NCBI GenBank assembly: GCA_973895155.1
Contig: OZ316895.1
Coordinates: 21,960,558-22,024,557 of the forward strand
Origin: Marsupella aquatica
Taxonomy: Eukaryota; Plantae; Marchantiophyta
Direction: 5' to 3'
DNA: 64,000 bases
The notes under the pieces are model-generated. The model saw nothing but the letters and a program-made list of their open reading frames with translations. It made no database searches and was not told the DNA's origin. Made by a program: the position numbers and the translations under genes. The stretch's first letter is position 1; every line of letters begins with the position of its first letter. Positions 1 to 11,143 of the stretch are shown piece by piece.

Positions 1-162
1 TGGCACCGCTGAGCCTGGGTCTCAGAAAGGTATTTTTTAGTGTTCCTTTTGTGTTTGGTTTCATGTCATCATTACTTGAGAACTTACATTTGTCCAGCTT
101 GATATTGTGATGTTATTTGGTAATAACCCCTAACTTGCAAATTATACATCTTTGTAGGGGCA

Positions 163-1313
163 ATGTCTTCATCTTTTGAGATCTCCACCACAGATTCTTC
201 CTCCTCCGATGAAGATATACCACCTCCTCCTCAACCTCACACGACTGCACCTCCTCCTCGTGGTCCACCCCGTCAGCTTTGCCAATGTGCCAAATGCGTG
301 GGTCAGGTTTCCCAAAAGTCCTATATATGCACCCAGCATATTGAGAGATATGGACGTTACGGACGTCATACAACAGGGGCTTCCTCATCCCATGTGGTAA
401 GTGTTTACGCCTTAGTTTCTACCCTATTTCCACATTGCAATGGTGAAGGTTTTTAATTTCACACCTCTTGTTGTTTGTTTTGGTTTGGGTGGAATAGGTA
501 TCTAGTAGGCCTAGACCTGCGGCATCAGCACCTTATGTCCCATCACAAGGTGTTCTAGATGTTATAGGCAATGCATTCTCACAAGCCTTGGGTCTAGCAA
601 CAGCCCCCTCCAGTCCTAGGGCAGTTGGGGGTGAGCCTGTTGTCCCAAGAGGGAGAAAGCGTTCCAAGAGACGGCCCCGAGGGGATACTGATTTGTACAA
701 GGCAGTGGTTACCGGTAGGTGGGGTGATTGTGAGTTTACTGGCAAATGTGTTCCTATCATCAAGGACTGGGATCCCCAGACTCTTGGTTTGCCACAAGAG
801 CTTTCCTATGGTGAGGAGGTAGAGGTTTGGGGAAGACGTTGGGTTATCAAACCTTCCACACTTGGGGATAGACATGGCTATGGAGTTTTTGCTTGTGAAG
901 ACATCATTGTGGATACCGAGAGTGGAAGTGGTGGACGCGGTCGAGAAGGACCTACGTTGTTTCCTTATGGTGGACCCATCTACAAGAGAAGACATTGGAA
1001 CATGATCCTTGCACAACATCCTGAGTGGAAGACTTATGCCTTGGAGTTAGATACTTTTGATGGAAACACTAGGAGGTATAGTGAGCAGCGGGTGATAGAT
1101 GGGGACCCCATACGAACTGGGAATATAGCTGGTTTCATAAACAGTGCTGTGGGGACTCGCCCCAAGCGTAGGCAAAATTGTGAGTGGGTTTTCATTGAGG
1201 GTCCTCCACCAGCCCCTTATGGCCAGACATATCATCATGACCATTGTCTGGTTGTAGCTACTAGGACCATTCACTCAGGTGATGAGTTGTTTACTCACTA
1301 TGTGTGGGATTAG
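163..1313 (+). CDS. Transposon-borne SET-domain protein (putative lysine methyltransferase) with N-terminal C-x-C-x2-C...H motif; exons 163-396 and 498-1313, ~349 aa
   Basis: Donor GTG|gtaagt at 396 and acceptor aatag|GTA at 498 are both phase 0 and the frame is open. SET motifs occur in order: HGYGVFACEDI, FPYGGPI, IDG..TGNIAGFINS, NCEW, VATRTIHSGDELFTHY. Basic NLS-like RGRKRSKRRPR. A possible further upstream exon ends at 29 (aaag|gt), with an acceptor at 158. Confidence 0.8.
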
Positions 1314-1456
1314 AAAATGACCATACACATGGCGTTTGGCCACATTTTGTATTTACACCAGTACCGATATTATTTCATGTTTGCACACCCCCATATATTC
1401 TTCTACATGTTGTAACTATTTGCTTTGTAACTTTCAATTGTTTGCATTGTTTTTAG

Positions 1457-4400
1457 AATGTGCGACCCTCTCAAAATATGTTACCGCGGAGATTGAGAGC
1501 AGCATATCGGGAAATGGGTATGCCGGAAGAAGGACAAGGCTCTGAGTCACATTCCTCATCAAGTGACAGTGGAAGCAACAACCCTGATCGCAATGTACCC
1601 AAAACATATGAACAGGTTATTGATGACCAAGATAGAGCCATGGATGATTTTATGGTTGATTGGTTTGGTGTTGACGTCCCTGGTGATGATGCTGAGGTGT
1701 CTGCTGATCAAGGAGGTCATGTGCCCCCCAATGATCCACGACCAAGACATACCCCCGAGGGACAGCGCCAATGGGAGGAAGCAGAGGAACATGCCCGAAC
1801 TCCTATCTATGAGGGTGCTCGTTTGAGTCGTCTTTCTGCTATCTTGGGGTTGATGAATCTACAGGCCAAACACAAGGCAAGCAATGCCTTGTTATCTGAT
1901 ATGTTTGCACTTTGCCATGACCTTATGTTACCTTCTGGCAATGTGTTGCCAGGAACTTGGAAGGAGGCCAAGCGTGTTCTCTCATCAATTGGCATAGAAT
2001 ATCATATCATTCATGCATGTGTGAATGATTGCATGTTATTTCATGGGGCCGATGAGAAGAAGACACAGTGTACTGAATGTCATGAGCCACGGTATGACCC
2101 CAACATGATTACAAAGAAGGTGCCAAGAAAAGTTGTTCGTTGGTTTCCCATCATTCCTCGGTTGTTGCACATGTACAGGTGTTCTGATTTGGCAGAGTTG
2201 ATGGTATGGCATAAGACTCATCGATCAGAGCCTGGTGTTATGCGGTTGCCAATTGACTCTCCTGCAGTCAAACATATTGAGGAAACATGGCCAAACTTTG
2301 CACATGATCCTCGTCATGTGAGGTTGGGATTGGCATCTGATGGGGTTAGTCCTCATGCCCTTGGAGGCAAGGGAAGACCTACATCAGTTTGGCCTGTGGT
2401 TGTGATGAATTACAACCTTCCACCATGGCTATCCATGAAGAAGGGGTTCCTCTTGCTGTCTTTGATTATTCCAGGTCCAAAAAAGGTGAAGAACTTTGAC
2501 ACTTATTTGGCACTATTGATTGGAGAACTCCAAAAACTGTGGGGTGGAGTGTGGGCATATGATGGCAGGAAAAATACAGGAGGCATTCCACGTGTATTTA
2601 AATTGAGAGGGGTAGTTTGTTGGACAATGCATGACTATCCTGGTAAGATGACTTTTTGACCATATGCCACCCTTCTTTGATATGCTCTTTAATATACTTG
2701 TTTGTCATGTGACAACCCTAACATTTAGTCTGGTTTTATTTTTGGTGTAACCAGGGTTTGGCTTTGTCTCTGGATTGCAAACTCAGGGGTACAAAGCTTG
2801 CTCCACCTGTGGTCCACAATTGCAAGATATGGCAATTTGGTCCCCATGGCTTAGGAAGATTGTTTACATTGGGCATACAAAGTTTCTTCCAATGGGGCAT
2901 GAGATGAGGTCTGACCCACTTTTATTTTCCTCCTTTGACATGCCCCTTGGTGATATGCGGGAAATTCCGGAACCAACAACTTTTGGGCATTGGAAGTCAC
3001 TAGCTGATAGGGTGGCAGACCCTGATGATCCCCTCACCTTTGATGGTACTGGGTTGACGAGGTGGAGTATACTAGCCAGTTTGCCCTATTGGTCAGAGTT
3101 GAAGATCCGCCATCTTTTAGACCCCATGCACATAGAGGGAAATGTGGGGAAGGCGTTGATAGCTCATTTTTATGGGGAGAAGGACACTAACTTCAGGGAG
3201 GCATGTGAAGAGTTGGAAGTGCATCCAGATGTATGGGTACAAGTTGATCCTGCCACAGGTTTGGAACATCGTCCTTCTGCTCCTTGGGTGCTTAGTGTTG
3301 GCCAAAGACGTGAATTCCGGAATCGTATAGGGGAGATGCGGTTTCCTACAGGCTATGGTGCCAATTTGAGGAAAGCTTTTGGGATGGAGGACAATCACAA
3401 ATGGCCACGGTATCTCATGACACATGACTATCACCGCTTATTGCAGCATATATTGCCAGTGGCAATTATAGGGTTGGGGACCAAAGAAGTGCAAGATGCC
3501 ATTTGGTCATTGGGTCGTTTGTTGAGATGGATATGCTCAAAGGAGATATATGTGGAAGAGATTCCTGGAATGGAGGTATTGGCAGCTGAGGTGGTTTGCA
3601 AGTTGGAGAAGGCCCTCCCTCCTTCCTTCTTTGATTGTCAGGTTCATTTACTTGTGCATCTTGTGAGGGAGGTTGCCATTGCTGGTCCAGTTCATTGTCG
3701 ATGGATGTACTGGCTTGAGCGTTACATGTCAGTCTTGAAGGCTTATGTACGTAACCGTGCACAAGTGGAGGGAAGCATAGCTACAGGATACTTGGCTACA
3801 GAGAGCATGTTTTATTGTAGTAACATCTTGGCCACCATTGATCGGACTTTACCACGTACTTGGATGGAGGAGAGGCAAGAGGAGGAGGACTGTTTAACAG
3901 GAGCAACAAAAACACGCATGCTTACATCAACAGAGTGGACACAGTTGAATACATTCATGTTGAGTAATAGCAATGTCATGGATGAATGGAGGGAGTTTTA
4001 TGACAATGCCAAAAGAATGAGTCAAAGGGCAAGGATTTTTCCTAAGTTGCATGAGTTTATGAAGGAAAAGTTGATTGAGTTAGATGGCATTTTGGCACAA
4101 GGAGGAGATGTCTCACAGTTTCCTACTATGACAAATGACATTCGGACCATTGTTCATGGCCCTTTGAGAGTGGTAACATCCAAGACGGCCATGTGGACCC
4201 AAGGGAGACACTTCAGGTTTCACTAGTTCCTAACCTTGTTTTCCATATTCATGTACTACTACTTAAGATATAGTAATCATTTTACTTAAGATAAGTGTGT
4301 TTTTCTCTTTTGGTATGAAAGGTTCCTCATAACATGATTAGTGTTTTTTGTGTAGTAGTAACAATATATGGGTCTTGTTAATTTCAGGATTTCTTCCCTT

Positions 4401-4874
4401 GATGAGAAGAGGGCTCGTACTTTTGATTGTGGAGTTCAAGGGCAGTTTTGTCAGGACTCCCGGAGTAGCCGACATGACAGGAACATTGTTCGTGATGTTG
4501 TGCCACACTATGGGAAGATAGAGGAGATTTTGGTGGTCTCATATGACAACCAATCTAAGTTTGAGGAGTATGTCTTCAAGTGCAAGTGGTTCAAAGTGAA
4601 CCTTGTTGGTAATAATCGCACTGTACTCCAAGATGAGAGTGGGTTTACACGGTTGAGGACAAGTGCCACTAGTTTTCAAGCATCTCATTGGCAAACGTCA
4701 GAGCCATTTACTTTCCCATCTCACTTGGAGCAATGTTTCTATGTTCCATACCCCTTAGACCCAGAGTGGTCACTTGTCATCACATATGTGCCACGGTCTC
4801 GTTCCATTGTTTCAGACAAGCCAGACACTATTTTTGTGTCAGATGTAGAGGACATTGAAGGTGACCAAGTGTGA
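1457..4874 (+). CDS. CACTA TnpD/Tnp2-like transposase (Transposase_21, DUF4218 and DUF4216-like regions); exons 1457-2642, 2755-4216, 4388-4874, probably preceded by exon 163-396
   Basis: Motifs IHACVNDCMLF, RHVRLGLASDG, SVWPV..YNLPPW, HDYPG, RHLLDPMHIEGNV, HDYHRLLQ, HLLVHLVRE..AGPVHCRWMYWLERYM, HYGKIEEI..FKCKWF, EPFTFPSH..QCFYVPYP. GT-AG introns 2643-2754 and 4217-4387 keep the frame; no internal stops. Confidence 0.93.
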
Positions 4875-5279
4875 GAGACACTTATGGATATTTAAACCAA
4901 AAATCTATATCATGGATTGTTCATGTTGTTTCTTAATTAATATTTCATACACCATTAGTGTGGTAGGTATTTTCATTTTGGACTCCTACTTTCAAAAGAG
5001 GTCATGCATATAAGTGACATGGGTACTCCCTCCCTTATCCCTCCTCCCTCTTTGAACCCAAACTCTCCTTCCTCTTCCAAAAACTCCATAGCTTTTTCTC
5101 CTCCCTCCCTCTTCGCTAAAGTCTCTCCTATTTTTAGTAAACCCTCTTTGGACTCCCTTCTTCCTCCGTCCCTCATCCACCTTCCAACTCCCTTCCTCCC
5201 TCTTTCACCTTTCACCTCCCTCCCTCCTCCTCCCCCATTCAAACTCTAACCTAGATGCACACACAAGTCTAACATAAAC

Positions 5280-5774
5280 GTTTGCGAACTGTTTGCGAAA
5301 CTAAACAAATCCCAACCAAATCGCAATTCTGCCATTTAAACCGTTTCTCAATTATTCCATACTATACGCTTCACTATTTTGCGATATCCAGACCATCCCA
5401 CCTTTACCATCCATATCGTTTCGCACATTTGCCATACAAACCCATCGCAAATTGTTTGAAGCTAACCTTTTCGCAAACATCCTCCAATCCTAATTGTTTC
5501 GCATCATTAATGTTACCGTGGTTTCGGACTTTCGGAGCGGTCGCGGAGCCTTCGTAATGTGTTTTGTAATCTCTGTAGTTTCGCAAACTATTGTGATACA
5601 ATAAAGTTCGCAAAATGTTTGCGATGCAAATCGCATGGAAGACCAAAGTTGCGATACCACAAGTATCGCAAATTGCGATGCGTATTGAGTCATCAACGGT
5701 TTGAAGCATCTGGAATCGCAAACGTGTGTCCGGACTCAAATGAGCTTCGCAAAAGGGCAAAATATGTTGTAGTG
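5280..5774. repeat. CACTA subterminal repeat region and terminal inverted repeat
   Basis: Many TCGCAAA/TTTGCGA heptamers in direct and inverted orientation, ending in TTGTAGTG. Confidence 0.85.
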
Positions 5775-6894
5775 AATTACACTGCACCCTGTGTGATATA
5801 TTCAATCCAGGTTGCGCTGGACAACCTTAGGTAGATGCTATGCAAGCATCTAGCTTTTTCATACACAGGTTCTGAGGAGCAGTAAATTACTCAATCTGAA
5901 AGAACTGTCTAGTGATCTCGGGAGTGATTCTCGGAATCCTTGTTAGTAGGCAAGTATCATGCCATTTCCATCCAAGTTGCACCGTGAATTAAATTAGAAA
6001 CTGTTTTTTTAATTCCTAATAGCATTTTAATAATGACACTCAGAAACATGAAAAAGCCAGTGCCAATATAGTAAAGCAAATAGTTGTTTGCGTTGCTGTA
6101 AGGAATAACTCATTTTATTGTCACCTTTCACCAAGATCCTTCAATAATATTTACAAATTTTAATTGTGCATTATAGTTGGACTTCTTGAACTTCAAACCT
6201 GCTTACATTTGTTACAATTTTGATATAAAAAATGAACATTCCAATTCCACTTTGAGTCTAAAACTATTTTGACATGATCTGTCCCAGCCCAGGATCTGTC
6301 ATTCAGTCTATATGCTTGAGACTGACTACTTGTCATATAATCATTTTGCACCATATATTGCATAACAATTCTTGGTTTAACTCTCTAATGGCTGGTCTGA
6401 TAGTTATCTTAGGGGACAGAACCTGAATTTGATGCCCACATAATTTTAGATAATGTTTTATTATCACAAGTGCTAAGAATACTAGTATAATTGGCCTCAA
6501 GTTATACTTAGCAGCAAGCAATCAGATACTTGAGATAACTTCTAGATATTGTCATATTGGTCACACATTGATTGTGATCATCTAACTATATATAATTGTG
6601 ACTTCAACTTACTCTTCAGGACCTACAGTGAGTCTACCAAGGTGAAACCTCTAGAACAACATTCTGTACATGGTGCGTAACTAAAGTAGGGGATGCGGGA
6701 GGAAAACTGGGATTGGGAGCAGGCTGGCCAGGTGAGTATTGGAAAGTGGTTGACTATGATTGCAAGGAGTCACTGAAAACCAATTGTGTGAACACAAATC
6801 GGTGAACAGGCAACGGGCTTTTGATGTTCAGCAAACGTGCAATCAGGCTACTCTTCTATAACGGCATTTAGGAACACTCATTGGCTAGTCTTTT

Positions 6895-7310
6895 TGCTGA
6901 TGGAACATAATTAAAACCACTGTAAGACAAATGACCATGCCAATTCCCCCCAAAACTAACTTTGCCTTCTCTATGATATATTTAGTGAATTAAACATGAC
7001 ATGTGTGAACCATTGTGAAGTAAATTTAAAAGGTCAATACCTACAAACTACGGGGTACTTCCAAAAACAAAATGAGTTCTGCCTTGAATGAAAACCAGCT
7101 AGTCTTGGCTAATGGACCATAATTAAACCACTGTAAGAAAAACGACCTATTCCCCAAAAAAGAGTATCATTGCTTCCCCTATGGTTTAGTTTATTAAACA
7201 TGGTATCAAATCTGTGAACCATTGTGAACTTAATTGTAAGGATCAATACCCTACAAACTACAACAGAACTTCCAAAAACAAAATGGGTTTTGCCTTGAAT
7301 GAAAACAATA
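6895..7310. repeat. Degenerate tandem duplication, ~210 bp x2
   Basis: The string cataattaaa(a)ccactgtaag...gtgaaccattgtgaa...caatacc(c)tacaaacta...acttccaaaaacaaaatg..gccttgaatgaaaac occurs from ~6906 and again from ~7118. Confidence 0.8.
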
Positions 7311-10300
7311 GTCTAACCATAAATTTTTCAGAGCATTTCCATCAGTTGTTCAAGGACATAGTTCAAACACAGCTCTTTCAAATTTTCAGGTTTTAGGGAC
7401 TACTGCAGTAATTGAAAGACACGCACTCATTTTTCTGCTAATTAATATCTTAATATGCTTGTCCTAAACATCACAATTCAATTGAATGAAAAACACAAAT
7501 ACTTGGGTTTCAGAAACAGTTTATGTAGCACAAGACGCTCAATCTTATATTGCAAGTCAGGACGTTCTTTTGATTGTATTTAAATGATTTGTGATGAATA
7601 TCAAAGTGAGCAAATGTTTTAGTGTGGGCCAAGTACATTTCTGCGAACAAATATTGCCCAAGCAGGTTGATGTGATATACTTAGAATACATACAATTTGG
7701 TCAGCCCATAAATTGAAAGTAGTGGAGATTTAGAAACAATCAAACTATTGAAAACAGCAAGACCTACACACAAACACACAATAATTAAATCCCAACATAA
7801 TTACTTTGTATGCATTGCCCAGGACAATGCAACGTTTTTAAACACTACAAGTATTCTAAACCTTAGTTACTTTGTAAGCATTGCTTGTCCCTTGCTTACT
7901 AAAACATTCAAAGCTAAATCAATATTGCCAATGTAAGAAAAGCTTAATCAATTGGTGAATCTCAGTTACATTTGTATGCATTACCCATCCATAGTTTGCT
8001 AAAAGTTTTGGAGACGTGGTAACTTTAAAGTACTAAGTTGCAGAAGTGTAACCATATCAGATGATTGTCTGTACGTTTCAATAGTATGTAATTTGAAGAT
8101 AGCTGATATCCAGTTGGGTAGCTTTCAATACTAGTTCAGGGGCCTTAAGCCACACATACGCCCCCATAGCTTATTTAATCAGAATGCACATACTTTTGTA
8201 TAAGTCTTGGTAAATTTTTGTAGGAAGTTCATATCTGTACACAAACAAGTTTATTTTGATAAATATACAATGCAACAAGAATGTAACTTCCAAACACTTG
8301 TAGATAAAATCAATTATAAAATCTTGTACTGATTTCCAGACTGAGTCAATATGTGGCTAAGTAACGACATCTGGAATTAAATAGAATTAGAATTTCTCTA
8401 CCAAAAAGGGACTGGTTCTCTTGATATCAGGGAAAACAGTCAATTTTCCACTGGCATCACTTGTACTGGTATTTTCCCCCAATATCCAGAACTTGGCTAA
8501 AACGACTCTGGACATAAAGAGAAATAGCTATTTACTATGTATATGATAGTTTCATTACTTTCTCTTGTTCTTTGTGCACACGGTTTTGAACAGTCAAGTT
8601 ATCCTGTGAGTGCTTGTGAAGGTATTGCACGACCAGTAAGGTATTCCGTGTTTTTCTGTGAGTGCTTAGTAAAGCTCGTGCTTGACCAGTCAGGTTTCCC
8701 AAGTTTTCCCTGAGGGGTGTGAACTTTAAGCATCTGCACCAGTCCTTCAAAAGAGGATTGGAAGTGGAATTCAACCTACTCAGATGAATTGTGTGAGTAC
8801 AGGCAGAAAGGTGGTGCAGGTTCCCAATTGTTACAATGTCAGGTGGAAAAGTGTAGAAGGGATCTGCAGGACGACACGAGACGAATTCCAACGAGTTGAA
8901 TTAGCAAACCCAATCCCAATCCAAGTTGACGTCCCCCTTCTAAGTGCACAAGTCGCAAGCCTCAATCGATTTTATGACAGGCTCTGAAGGGATTGTGGTC
9001 ATAACGGGTACTGGTGGAAGTTGAGTGATATCGACTGACGCTACTACTGGTGATTCCAACCCTCTTTGGCAGACTGGTGCACATGCTCGTCATCACGAAT
9101 GAAATAGAGTGTGGCTAACGATAAACCGTGACGGTCCCTGAATGTCAAGATTAGAGTACGAACTCGCTGCCAAAGTAGAGATCAACAAATCCTTCGTTCG
9201 ATCCAGTTTGGCAGTGTCAGATGCTGTTCATAACTAATGAATTAGAATTTGACTGACCATAGAATGTGACGTTCCTCAATGTTCGATTGGATTACGAAAT
9301 CACTTTTAGAGTAGACATTAACAAAAGCCTCTTTTGAAACTGAACTCTTTCGAAACTGGCTTTGGTGGGAACAACTTTTGGATAAGGTGATTAAATTTAT
9401 GAAAAAGAACGAGAAATGGACAAACCTGACAGGTTTTTTTAGCGTACAGCTACAAGTGCTTGTGAAGTGCTTAGGCTGGTGGTAGGACTTGTTAGTGCCA
9501 GGCGGTTGGTCCATGATTCAAGTGCACCCCTTTAGTGCACACTTTTTGAAGGATGAAGTGCAATGTGCGTTACAGCCACCATGATATATATGCTGAAAAA
9601 CACAAGCTTCAAACGTATGAAATGAGTGGAATTATTCAATATTGCTTCGAATGTAACAATACAAGGTTAAAGTCATAGAAACGAGCTTGACGTATTTATA
9701 TTGTGAACAGAGATCTCAGTGGTTGATCGTGCCTTAGTGATTCCATTACAACCAATTGCAAGCACCCATTCCAATTGTTGACAATTCCCACTTCAAGCGT
9801 CCAAAACAAGTGCAGTTAAACAGTGACCACGGACGTACCAAGTTTGTGAAGCATAAGCTTTGTAGCCTTGTGTATCTCAACGGTAAAAAAATGTGCGAGA
9901 ACAATTTATTTGGCATTTTCAGGAATATTGCTAAACACCGACCAAAACTTTGATTAAATTCACAGAGCTGGTGATAGCTAAAATTTGGGGGGACGGGAGA
10001 GCTTGAAGCACACCCGTATGGGTTCTCGTCTCTGTTTGCAGCACCTTCTGTAGTCATATCATATTTCAGGATGCGACTTTATGCCCCAGCAGAGCACCGT
10101 TCATGTGTGTTGTGCTGCACTGCTGCAACTCGGACAGCCAGGGCCAGACAGTGGCCCTACAGTAGGCAAACAATCGTTCATTATCCAAAGAAATCAATAC
10201 TCTTGTTGCAGGTTTCGTAATGAACTAGAGGCCCCACGAATCTTTAAATGCAAACCACATTTTTCCAATACTTGCAGAACGAGACAGCAAAGATAAGATA

Positions 10301-10434
10301 CTTAACACATGACATACTTCCCCTACCTACGCATTTAGTTTCCTCATCTTGGAAATAGTGATTAAACTGAACTAGTTTTGAAATAGAACAATCCGTCACT
10401 ACCGGATCTCAGATCTGGGCTCCGAAACAAATCC

Positions 10435-10620
10435 TAAACATAAAATCTCTCGGGAGTCGCTCAAAACAAACCCAGAGGTCCACCATCTAGGTGTAATTCA
10501 TTCCAAAGGAACCCAATCCATAGGCCCTCAACATGAAATCTCTCGGGGCCGCTCAATGCAAACCCAGAGGTCCACCATCTAGATGTAATTGTTCCCAAAG
10601 GAAACCAATCCCCAGGCATT
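10435..10620. repeat. Tandem duplication, ~90 bp x2
   Basis: aaatctctcggg...aaacccagaggtccaccatctag.tgtaatt...ccaaagga occurs twice. Confidence 0.75.
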
Positions 10621-11143
10621 ATATAACTCATTACATAGCTTTTCAGGATTGTTGGCGCAGAGAAATGTACAATTATCTGGCGTTAGGTTGATTTATCTCA
10701 AGGAACTAGCGCACAATTATACATAATTAAGAACAGGAAAACAAGTGAAATGGAGCAACCATCCTGCCTGCTAACAGTCGAGGACTTGAACTGCTAAATT
10801 AGATCATTGGCACAAACACAACTCTCAAAAACGTGTCAAGTACTTCATCTATTGTATTTCCTCCGTAGTTGTCACAATTCATTATATCTACTCAACATTG
10901 TCAAGGTGAGCTGATTCAACAAAACAAATACCATACAACACCTTTCGAAAACATATAAGATGCAAAGGCAATTTCTTCTTTTTTTTCCACCCCTGAGAAT
11001 AGCAAAGTACGGATTAATTTTATAGTTGACGTACATCACATCTGAGGCGTGGTGCACCGCTGGATGCACAACCACGAAGACAATTGCAAAAGGCTGGTTA
11101 AGCCCCATTGTAGCTTGAACTATATTTCACTGCTGATGGGCTG

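Larger units (their letters stand above)
1..5774 (+). mobile_element. CACTA (En/Spm) DNA transposon, 3' portion; left end lies outside the window
   Basis: TnpD-type transposase exons at 1457-4874. Dense subterminal TTTGCGA/TCGCAAA motifs in both orientations at ~5280-5752. Terminus ...TATGTTGTAGTG at 5774, whose reverse complement is CACTACAACATA, the canonical CACTA TIR start. Confidence 0.93.

Noticed and set aside
4973-5249. Pro/Ser-rich and Gly/Glu-rich ORFs
   Set aside because: By-products of a low-complexity C/T tract inside the CACTA element.
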